A DNA stretch of 64,000 nucleotides from the NCBI GenBank assembly GCA_002269645.1, contig NIVC01000290.1, positions 84,178-148,177 on the forward strand, read 5' to 3'. A program made the translations under genes and the position numbers. Positions 1 to 10,305 of this stretch are shown one piece after another. This stretch comes from Macrostomum lignano. Taxonomy: Eukaryota. Every line of letters starts with the position of its first letter. Position 1 is the first letter of the stretch. The notes beneath the pieces were generated by a model. The model saw only the letters and a list, made by a program, of their open reading frames with translations. It was not told where the DNA came from and did no database searches.

Positions 1-956
1 TACCCACGCCATGCCCATGCCCACACATGGCATGGTTGCTAAAGTTGTATAAAATATTTTTAGGCCCCTATACTTAAAATTTCTTGGTGAATGTTTAATC
101 TAGACTAGGCCTAGTTGTATTAACAAGGAAAATATTTTATTGCCAAAGTAGCAACACCCTTCTCCAATTGATTGAGCTAGGCCTAGCTTTGAGAGCACTG
201 CCACTACTTAGTACTAGGGCCTAGTGCAGTTGGCAATCTTCTAGTTTACTGCATTAAATTATTTTCACATTTTCACAAAATTTGCAAACCCTTCTGCCCA
301 TCATCCAGTGGTATGTCTTCCTGACATAAGAATATTGACTGACAGAGACAGATGGCAGGCCTACAACTACAACTACAATGGCTTTTAGAATTATGGTTAG
401 ACCTATCAATCACTGACTGTGACTGACTCCATTTCATAGACTCCCACGACCCAACCATCCACATTTCATACAAATACCACTAAGAGGTCATGGCCTCATG
501 GGCAAGCATCAAGGCTTAAATTCAGGGCAAAGCATGGTAGATAGCACTAGCAATGGTGTAAGACCAAGATGGCCACACACCAAGATGGCCACAGCTGGGT
601 GGGGTCACGGAAAATGACAACTGGTTTTCTATTAGATAGCTTTGGGTAGGGAGATGTGGGGTTGCAATGGGGGTTTAGACAGACAGTCAAAATTTTATTA
701 GTATATTGCAAGGCTAAAGACAAAAATGGTTACGAGTCTTAATTTCCTACTTATAGTAGGCCCCTAAGAGTTGTAAACATATTTCGTATTAAACAAATCT
801 CTTCTTCATATAAATGTGGTGTAGCTTTTTTCCATTTATCTTATTGGTCGAGACTAATTTACTTGTTTAAAGGGATAAAAACTGCATAAATTTCATGCCC
901 TGTTCAAAATTCATCTGTCTCATTCACTGACAGCAGTCTAAGCACTTAGATACAAA

Positions 957-1325
957 ATGGCAGGCGGATATCCATGTGTGGTCTGTCTGCAGCCAGTTTG
1001 CGATGGACAAGAAGCAATTGAGTGTTCTCAATGCTTGAATTGGCAGCATTGTGCATGTGATAGTCGCGTCACAATCAATCAGTATTCTGCAATGAGAAAT
1101 GTCGGTGAGTTTTTCTGGCTTTGCAATCAATGCAATAGACGGGCTCCTACAGGTAACTTAGCAGTGTCTCAAGCTGCAGATGCTGCAGTGGTACATGTAC
1201 AAGCCCCAAATTCTAGACCAGCGGCTGTTCCTCTGCCTGCTGAAAATCCAGAACCAGTGCATCTGATTCTGGCACAAGCTATGATAATGATAACCGGCCA
1301 TGATAACAATCTGGCTCATAAATAA
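957..1325 (+). CDS. PHD-finger (C4HC3) ORF, probably transposon-derived or partial
   Basis: ORF begins MAGGYPCVVC..CSQC..WQHCAC..FWLCNQC, which has PHD finger spacing. It is followed by a low-complexity P/A tail and has no linked exons. Confidence 0.55.
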   Translation: MAGGYPCVVCLQPVCDGQEAIECSQCLNWQHCACDSRVTINQYSAMRNVGEFFWLCNQCNRRAPTGNLAVSQAADAAVVHVQAPNSRPAAVPLPAENPEPVHLILAQAMIMITGHDNNLAHK

Positions 1326-1554
1326 ATAACTCAATATAGTGACTTTGCATGTAGCACTTAGCATGAAGCCTCAGATTTATTTATGTAAATATCATTTGTA
1401 CTCTTTATGCACTGCAACAAATTTGCACAGATATGAGATGCATGTATTTTTCAGCAAGTATATACCCAAGAAATGCAAGGATTTAATCAAAGTCTGACAA
1501 TTCTGAAATCTCATCAAAATAAGCCGAACCTCTAAATACATGTACAGATACAAG

Positions 1555-2100
1555 TCTGATACAAACAGAAGAGAGAAGAGATGAGATAGAAGAGATAAAA
1601 GAGGAGAAAGGAGAGATGAGAGAGCAGAGACAAGAAATGAGACAGTAGAGCTAGAACAGAGGAGAGAGGAGAGAGGAGAGAGAAGAGATTATAGAGACAA
1701 GTGGAGAGAGAAGAGAAATATGTGAGAGTAGACATAAGAGACAATGGGAGAGAAGTGGAGTGAAGGAGAAAGGAGAATAAAGGGGGAGAATTGAGAGGAC
1801 AAGAAGAGAGGGGAAGGGAGAGAAGAGAGATGAAAGGAAATAGAAGAATGGAGAAGGGAAAGAGTAGAAAGGAGAAGAGAGATGGGAGAGCAAGAGAGAT
1901 GAGAGGGAGGAAAGAGTAGAAAGGGAGGTGAAAGAGTAAAGGGGAGAAAGTTGAGAGAAGAGTTGGGAGAGTTGGGAAAAAAGAGGAGAGATGTTAAAGG
2001 AGAGTACAGATGAGAGATGAGAGAGAGGAGATAAGACAGGAAATAAATAATAGGAGAGAAGGTTGAGATGATAGAGGAGAGGGAATAGAGAGAATTTTGC
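1555..2100. repeat. AG-rich low-complexity tract
   Basis: Degenerate GAGA/GGAGA/AAGAG sequence. It generates spurious L/S-rich minus-strand ORFs. Confidence 0.85.
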
Positions 2101-2539
2101 ACTGACCTACAAGGTGCGAACAAACATGAGAAATCAAACTGAAATGTGCTAACTTTAACAATTCCAGACTTCTATTGTTCCTACAAAATTTTAAACAGCG
2201 GGGCAGGACCTCCTGCGGGGCAGGACCTCCTGCGGGGCAGACCCATAGAAATTTTTCCGGTTTCCAAGATAATATTGACTTATAAAGAATAAACACATAC
2301 CGTACAAGCTTAAATTTGAGCTCAAAGTTCAAGCTCAAATCCTAAATATATAAACATCGCCACATGAGCATGGAGTCACAACATAGTTTGAATATAATGG
2401 AAAGCGCACGTAAATAAGCGAAAAATGGTATCCAATGGGCCAACATGAGCAAACTTTCAATATGCTAATTGGGAGGGGATTAAGCAATCACGGGCTGACT
2501 ACCATTCTGCCACTCAGCGGGGTCAAATGGGAGACTAAC

Positions 2540-2792
2540 TCCTAATAAATAAATTTTCTCAGTCCTATAATCTTTAATGGCATGACACGGCCTTCACACA
2601 TGGGGGCTCCAAGGCCTCCACACTCCTAGTGATTTTAGAATAGTCTTTGGCTCTTAGCAAAGACAGCGCACTGCCCCCATCCACCAGAAGGTGGGTGGGC
2701 ACATTCTCGATTGGATATTCTACAACAATATCTCTCTCGCATTGCCTTCTAGCTGGCCTCAGCTGGTACAAGTCGGGCACTTTTTCAAACAT
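2540..2792 (-). pseudogene. Degenerate retropepsin-like aspartic protease fragment (LTR retrotransposon gag-pol remnant)
   Basis: Minus ORF contains HLLVDGGSALSLL, resembling the LVD[ST]GSxxSLI protease motif. After a frameshift it continues PLKIIG, resembling the downstream GxxLxVxG region. No RT or integrase is nearby. Confidence 0.4.
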
Positions 2793-2849
2793 TGGCTTTT
2801 TTCCTATGTTTGCTATCTATCTTTCCTATCTTTCCTTCTTTCCTAAGGG

Positions 2850-3705
2850 GAGAGAGTGGAGACCAGAGATAAATGAAAGAGAGAGCAAAGATGAAAGAGA
2901 AGAGAGGTGAGGGAAGATTGACAAGAGAAGATGGGAAAGAGGAGATAGGAAAGAAGAGAAGAGGAGAGAGAGATAGGAAACAAAAGAGAAGATAGAAGTT
3001 TCAAAGGATCTGAAGGACATAGAGAGAGACAGGAGGCCAGAGATTTTGCCAATACATGTTTTCAAAAGACAAGTTTTTGTTTGAGTATGACTTCAGATTT
3101 TAGAACTAGATATAAGCTGAGCTGAGACAGAAGATGAAAGTGAAGATGAAAGATGAAAATGTGACTAAGCCAGGTGCTTTTAGTGCAGGGGTTGGCAAAC
3201 TTTTTACCTCAATTGAGAACCCAGCTTATGACTGCCCTTCTATAGTCCACTTTGTTGGCCCCCAAAGTGAAGCAAGGAGTCCTGATGACAGTGGGCCAGA
3301 GGTGAGGAGAGAGGGTAAGGAATAGAGAAGAGAAATACAAGCATAGGATAAAGGAGAGGCGAAGGAATAAAGGAGAAGAGAGTTGATGAGAGGAGAGATT
3401 AAATACGAGCAGAGAGAGAGGAGAAGGGAGATTAATGGAGAGGAGAAAGGCAGGAAAGGAGAAGAGAATGAAGAGGAAAAGGGAGATGAAAGCAAAGAGG
3501 TGAGGAGAGAGGAGAGGATAGAGATAAGGAGAGAGGAGAGAAGAGAGGTAAGGAGAGGATGAGATGAAAGAGGAGAAGGCAAGAGATGAGAGAGGAGAGG
3601 GCAGAGATGAGAGAGAGAAAAGATTAGAGACGAGAGGGCAGAGATGAGAGAGAAAAGATAAGAGACGAGAGTGCAGAGATGAGAGAAAAGATCAGAGATA
3701 AGAGG
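2850..3705. repeat. AG-rich low-complexity tracts (2850-3060, 3300-3705)
   Basis: Degenerate GAGAG/GGAGA repeats are directly visible. Confidence 0.8.
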
Positions 3706-6300
3706 GCACTCCAATTTTTGCTTACTTCTATCATAACTAATACCTTTAACCTCTACCTTTAACATTTAACATATACAAAAAACATGTCAGTTTTAGTATA
3801 TTGAAGATAGGTTTGAAACTATTATCCATGATACAAAAACCAAATGTCTTGTGCTAGTAGTGCTACTAGCTTTAGTAGGTAGTAATACCTGCTATAAAGG
3901 GAAGTGTTTTTTGTTTTACTTAGTCTAATTTCACTAACAAAATCTGTCTTCTCTAAGACTTGAAGCTAGGTCATACCCCACCCCAATCACAGCCAATAGA
4001 AAATGAGGAAATATATAGACCTATTCCTATCCAAGCAGCCATTCAGAGCTGTGGCCATCTTGGTCATGCGCCAAAGATCTGTTTAAAAATCTGCTGTTGC
4101 ATAGCATGTATGACAATGTAGCTCCTATTTTTGTTTTTTTGTTGTGCAATATAGCAGCATAGCAGTATGATGAATTGGCATTTAATCAGGTTAAAAAAAA
4201 GTTTTTTTAGAAGTGGGAAAAAAAGCAATGTGGGAAAAAATAACTAAATTAAAAATTCCAAAAAAACTAAATTAACATTTTTGTTAATAAAAGTAAAGGC
4301 ATAATCCTAGGCAAACTATGATGACATGCTGATATAGTCAGTCATAAAATAGGCTGAAATTCAATTTTTTTCTAAATAATTCAACTTGGAAAACTAGGAT
4401 TATGCCAAAATAAGTTTTTGTTGTTGTAATAAAATCCATATTTTTTATTAGGTCTAGTTTAAGCAGATAATTATTTATAATAATAATGTTACAAAAATTT
4501 ATTGAGTTTTATTTAATTTTTTACTTAGTGTTTTTTGAAAAAGGTAGCCTATATACTTTATGTGCATATTGAAAAAGATCCCATATTGCAACTGCGAAAA
4601 AGGTCATTTATTGTCCTAATATCTTAAAGGCCCAATATGGAAAACATGGCTGCTGGCCAAGCATAACTTCCATGGCAGCCAAAAAAAACTTAATAAATAT
4701 GAGCTACACTATCCTTCATGCTATGCAATAGTATGCAATTTGCTATGCATACTAAGCACATAGCTACATGTTGGTGGAAATGGCTACACCTACTCTGTGT
4801 GCACTGTGAATTTTCAAAAGTCAATACACATTATAGCACATAGGAATTTTCCCTAAAATTAGGCCTTTATGAGACTATGGCAAAAATGTACAAATTTTAC
4901 TTTTGTTTTTTATACATATGAAACATTATACAAATATAATTATTATTTTTAGTTTTTAACTTTGTCTAATTGAATTTAGATATTGAAATCATCAGTTTAG
5001 TAGTATCATTTCAAAATTTATGATTTAGAGCTTTGCATAAAGTAGTGCATATGCATATAGTGTACATTGGCTTATACCAAAGATTTAGATAGTATTTTTC
5101 TGAGGTACATATAAAATGTTCCAAACTATAGGTTGGATACATGCCAGAATGTATACTAGAGAGTTTTTTGTTTGCATACCTATTGCATGCAGTTGTTGCC
5201 ATGCTTGCCAATTACATGTTATGCACACTGTGCTATAAAAATTAAAAATTGACAATAAATTATAATACAAAAAAGCAGAAGAATACACTTTTAAATGCCA
5301 TAAGAATTAAAACATAATATAAAGATTTTCTCGCACAAAAATATTTTTGTTTTGCAGTATAAATAAATAAGATAAAGCAGATTTACAAGTATTTTCAAGA
5401 ACTATGGTATGTTCTATAATATAGAATTATAACACCCTCTGCCATATCTCAACACTCAAGAAGACATGTCCCACTTTCATGCCACATTCTATGCCATCAA
5501 GCTCTTTTACACCATAGCATGCCACTTCTGCCATACAATATCCAAATGCATGCCCATGGATGCCAACATTCTTTGGCCAAATCAAATGCAAACTAGAATT
5601 TTCTGGCATGATATATGCCTTCTAGAGTATAGTTAAAATTTGGTAGTGCTTCATTTGGTTGCACTGTCTAAGTAAATGTCTAGCTATTTTTGGTCACATA
5701 GAGACAAAATATGCTCTAGAGTGCTTTATGCTTTAGAATAATTATAATTGGTAAATATGCTTTCTGTTATTTCTTCTACTTAGCATTTATTAGATACTAG
5801 CTATAACCCCCTTGTGCCATATAAAACTCAGACACTTATGCAACATATCAGCATTATCACTCATTCCTTTTGGGCTATAGAGAACTCTTGGACACTTTCT
5901 GTGCCACATTAGCATTATCACTTATTAGGACTAGCACAAATTTAAAATATTTTTGTAAACTAAAGGTTATTAGTATTACTTTAAGACCAATTGCTTAAGC
6001 TATGTCCTTATTGGAATAGATTTTCAAATGTAGCAATCAGCCCAAGATATATAGATATTTTAGACATAGTGCACTGCATTGCTTCATATATTTGGGAATA
6101 TTTGCTTGTCCTTTGCACTGCCATGTCCACATGGCATGCAATTCTATAGGGGTAGCTCAGCCGAGGCCGTGCAAGGGTCTACTTCGGAATTTTCAATATT
6201 GACCCATCACAAAATCACATTCATAAGCTTAATAAGCAGGTGTTGCAGCTGGTAACCATGAACTAAAGCACATCACCAGAACTCTGCCCGAAATCTATTC

Positions 6301-8379
6301 ATGCGGTCCCCTATGGCGCTGGTTGGCCGCTGCCTCCGCCGATGCCTGCTGCTGCGCCCGCCCCAAACTGCTGGCTTCAGCGCGGCCGCCGCTCCCGCAG
6401 CAGCGCCCGCTGCACCCGGGCCACCTGCGTCTGCGGCGGATTCTCCACTTAACTGGCAGCCAGCCAAGAATGTCACCATGGAGCAGAGCTTGCGTATTGA
6501 TGATTACTTTCAGGTAATCAAAATCCATGTCCCTGAGCCGTCTCGCGATTGCTTCTTTAAACCAGCCTTCCAAGCTCTTCTCGAATATGATAGCTTCACC
6601 TTAAATAAGCCTTCAAAACTCTTCTCAAATATGGTAGCTTCTCCTTAAATCGGCCTTCAAAACTCTTCTCGAATATGGTAGCTTCTTCTTAAATCGCCCT
6701 TCGAAACTCTTCTCAAATATGGTATTTTATTAGAGGCAGGGGGTTGTGTGCACCCTGGCGCACTTTAAGCGACATAGGCACACAACCGGCGAGAGGCATT
6801 ACTGCCCATTCCGCCGACTCCCCTGAGCAGGCACACAAGCGCGCGGATACGTACGCAGGCACACACTCACACAGGAGTGTACAGCGGCCCTAACTTTATT
6901 TTAACGTTAGGCATGTACACTTCACTGTGCCTTGGGGGGTTGGCTCTCAAGGCCGTTAATTGCACGAGCAGAGCCAAGCCGAGATTCCAATTCAGCCCCA
7001 AATTAATGTGACTGCACTTGAAATCGAGCCTGGGTCGCTGGCATACCAGAGCAGCTGCGCTACCGCTGGGCTACGGCCCCCCTCCCTCAAATATGGTAGC
7101 TTCTTGAATCGGCCTTCAAAACTCTTCTCGAATATGGTAGCTTCTCCTTGAATCGGCCTTCAAAACTCTTCTCGAATATGGTAGCTTCTCCTTAAATCGG
7201 CCTTCAAAACTCTTCTCGAATATGGTAGCTTCTCCTTAAATCGGCCTTCAAAACTCTTCTCGATTATGGTAGCTTCTTCTTAAATCGGCCTTCAAAAGAC
7301 CGACTCCACCACCCACTCCGTTGCCCAGGTGAACCGGTTGGTCAGCAAGCGCCAGCTGATGGAGCACCGAGTCCACCTTGGCCACAAGGCCGGTTGCCGC
7401 AGCGAATGGATGACGCCCAGCCTCTTTGGCTGCCGGTGCGGCGTCGACATCATCGACTTGGAGCAGACGGCGCCTTTGTTGCGCCGGGCCCTCAACTTCA
7501 CCGCTCACGTGGCCGCCCGAGGCGGCATCGTTCTGTTCCTGTGGCAGGGCTGGCCCGCCCTGTCGCCCCTGGTGGAACGACGCGCCGCCGAGATGGGCGA
7601 ATTCGCCTACACCCGGCCCTGGGTGGACCAGGCGGTCACCGATGCCGCCACTTATTTCGATACGGCCACCCGGCTGCCCGACCTGGCCGTGTTCCTCTCC
7701 TGCATGAGCCCCGTCATGCTGCCGCATCCCGCCATTGCCGCCTGTGCCAAGGTGCGCCACTTTGACCTTTAGTCATTGCTGGGATTAGGCATTTGACCTT
7801 TGACCTTAGTAATTTCCAGTATATATTTTTTGACCTTTGACCTCAGAACTTACCATAATGTAGTATTTGACCTTTGACCTTAGCAATTGCCAGTATATAT
7901 TTTTTGACCTTTGACCTCAGAACTTACGATTATGTAGTATTTGACCTTTGACCTTAACTTGCCAGTAGATGTTGTGCACTTTCTGAGATTGGTGCTTCAT
8001 TTGACCCCAACTCCGAGTTGTGCTAGCTTTGATTGGGTGCTTTTGTTTTTTCGACCTTTTTTGAGCTCAGTACATTTGTATAGGAGTGCAAAGATAAAAT
8101 CCAGCAACCCCAATCCAACAGGTTATGATTCCCACCGTTGGCATCTGCGACTCGAACTCGGACCCTCGTCTGGTGACCTACCCGGTGCCCGGCAACGATG
8201 ACTCGCCGCAGGCGATACAGCTGTACATGGCGCTCTTCGCTGAGGCCATCAGGCGCGGCAAGGCCGCCTTCGCTCAGTGGTCGGCCGAGGCTCCGCAGGG
8301 CAGTTCGGCCGGAGACAAGGAGGCCTGGTGCGGGCTGCGCCGGTGGGCTGGGGGGTCTACAGGGCACTGTTGGTGTTGA
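6301..8379 (+). CDS. MRPS2: Mitochondrial ribosomal protein uS2m; exons 6301-6513, 7329-7751, 8122-8379 (about 297 aa; possible extra 3' exon 9128-9371)
   Basis: Arg/Ala-rich presequence followed by the S2 motifs [25 protein letters not shown] and [26 protein letters not shown]. Both GT-AG introns are phase 0 and join in frame. Confidence 0.92.
6560..7296. repeat. 44-bp tandem repeat (TTAAATCGGCCTTCAAAACTCTTCTCGAATATGGTAGCTTCTCC) in MRPS2 intron 1, interrupted by a SINE
   Basis: Unit starts at 6645 and 6689 are 44 bp apart. The array resumes after 7086. Confidence 0.9.
6725..7085 (-). mobile_element. tRNA-derived SINE (tRNA-Ala-like head), 361 bp, with 13-bp TSD
   Basis: Minus strand begins GGGGCCGTAGCCCAGCGGTAG (A box), then GGCTCGATTTC (B box), and ends CTAATAAAATA. 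It is flanked by the direct repeat CTCAAATATGGTA at 6712-6724 and 7086-7098. A related copy is at 26029. Confidence 0.8.
7790..7960. repeat. 37-bp-period repeat (74-bp dimer) carrying TGACCTTTGACCT in MRPS2 intron 2
   Basis: Motif starts at 7794, 7831, 7868, 7905 and 7942. Confidence 0.85.
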
Positions 8380-8519
8380 ATCCGGCTTTCTGGCATCGGA
8401 TTTAGAGATTTAGGCGTTTTAACTGAGAACCATTTTTATACAAGAGTCCTTTAAATTTGTATGCCATTTTATCAAGCCCGATTACCATTTTTAATCGGAA
8501 TCAGAACGCCAAGTTGAAG

Positions 8520-9055
8520 CTAAACAGATGCCATTTGTAAAAACCAGATGCCAATTTTGAAAACCCAGATGCCATTTGTGAAAAACCAGATGCCATTTGT
8601 GAAAAACCAGATGCCATTTGTGAAAAACCAGATGCCATTTGTGAAAACCCAGATGCCATTTGTAAAAACCCAGATGCCATTTGTGAAAACCCAGATGCCA
8701 TTTGTGAAAAACCATATGCCATTTGTAAAAACCCAGATGCCATTTGTGAAAAACCAGATGCCATTTGTGAAAACCCAGATGCCATTTGTAAAAACCCAGA
8801 TACCATTTGTGAAAAACCCAGATGCCATTTGTGAAAACCCAGATGCCATTTGTAAAAAACCTGATGCCATTTGTGAGAACCCAGATGTTATTTTTGAAAA
8901 TCTAGGTGCCATTTTTGAAAATCTAGATGCCATTTGTGAAAATCCATATGCCATTTTTAAAGACCCAGTTGCCATTTATTAAAAGCCCAGACGCCATTTC
9001 AAAGCCCAGACGCCATTTCAAAACCCAGACGCCATTTCAAAACCCAGACGCCACT
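8520..9055. repeat. About 21-bp tandem repeat (CCAGATGCCATTTGTGAAAAA)
   Basis: Directly visible. It yields repetitive 7-aa ORFs. Confidence 0.9.
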
Positions 9056-9607
9056 ACACAGCCAAAGTTTTCCACCCTGGCAACCCGAGTCCCATCCTGA
9101 CTCTGCCGTCCCGCTTCCCAATTTCAGTTCCGCTGCCGACCCTCGCGACGCATTTCGTCGAGTCCAATCGCAGGCGCTCAGACCGCCCGAACAGCCGGTG
9201 GACTCGGCCGGCGCTGATGCCGCCGGATCTGCCAGCCAGCAGCGACAGAGTCGGCAGCGCTCGGAGCCTCGGCAGCAGCCCTTGCGGCCCTCTGCCCGGC
9301 GTCCGCAGTCACCGGACAGCCACCGGAAGCCGCGGGCGCCGCCGCCACCGCCCAGAGACGAACTCGACTGACGAGAGGCCTTTGCGCAATCATTGTTTCC
9401 TCTGCTCCTCTTTTTTCTAATCTGTCGCTGAATTTTCACGCCTCTGTGTAATAGAGCAGCCATGCATGCATGCTAGTTTTCAAGTAGTATCCGTGTCCAG
9501 TGCACTCGTTCCTATTAATATCTGTTTATTGTGAATTAAAAGTATGCAACTAGACAGCTGTGCTTTTCTGATATTTGTGTTTCGATAAATTTTACTAAAG
9601 TAAATGA

Positions 9608-10178
9608 GCAGCTCACCTGTGCTCAAGGTCGGGATTTAGCAGCTCACCTATACTCCAGGTGGGGATTTAGCAGCTCACCTGTGCTCCTGGTAGGGATTTA
9701 GCAGCTCACCTGTGCTCCTGGTAGGGATTTAGCAGCTCACCTGTGCTCCTGGTAGGGATTTAGCAGCTCACCTGTGCTCCTGGTAGGGATTTAGCAGCTC
9801 ACCTGTGCTCCTGGTAGGGATTTAGCAGCTCACCTGTGCTCCAGGTGGGGATTTAGCAGCTCACCTATACTCCAGGTGGGGATTTAGCAGCTCACCTGTG
9901 CTCCTGATAGGGATTTAGCAGCTCACCTGTGCTCCTGGTAGGGATTTAGCAGCTCACCTGTGCTCCTGGTAGGGATTTAGCAGCTCACCTGTGCTCCTGG
10001 TAGGGATTTAGCAGCTCACCTGTGCTCCAGGTGGGGATTTAGCAGCTCACCTGTGCTCCAGGTAGAGATTTAGCAGCTCACCTGTGCTCCTGGTAGGGAT
10101 TTAGCAGCTCACCTGTGCTCCTGGTAGGGATTTAGCAGCTCACCTGTGCTCCAGGGGGGGATTTAGCGGCTCACCTGG
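9608..10178. repeat. 31-bp tandem repeat (GGGATTTAGCAGCTCACCTGTGCTCCTGGTA), about 18 copies, between MRPS2 and ERAL1
   Basis: Unit starts at 9693 and 9724 are 31 bp apart. The array is highly homogeneous. Confidence 0.92.
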
Positions 10179-10305
10179 GCCAGTCCAGTCGAATAATGGA
10201 TGGTGCAGCAAGCATTCACTACTCATAGCAGCAGGTGTGGCCGTATGTCGAAGCAGGTTATCAGGATGATAAAAGAGATAATACTACTTTCAGTAGCTCC
10301 AAAGC

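Noticed and set aside
6148-6200. tRNA-like start GGGGTAGCTCAG upstream of MRPS2
   Set aside because: There is no B box or cloverleaf downstream.
9608-10178. CRISPR-like regular about 30-bp repeat
   Set aside because: The units are contiguous with no unique spacers, there are no cas genes, and the context is eukaryotic.
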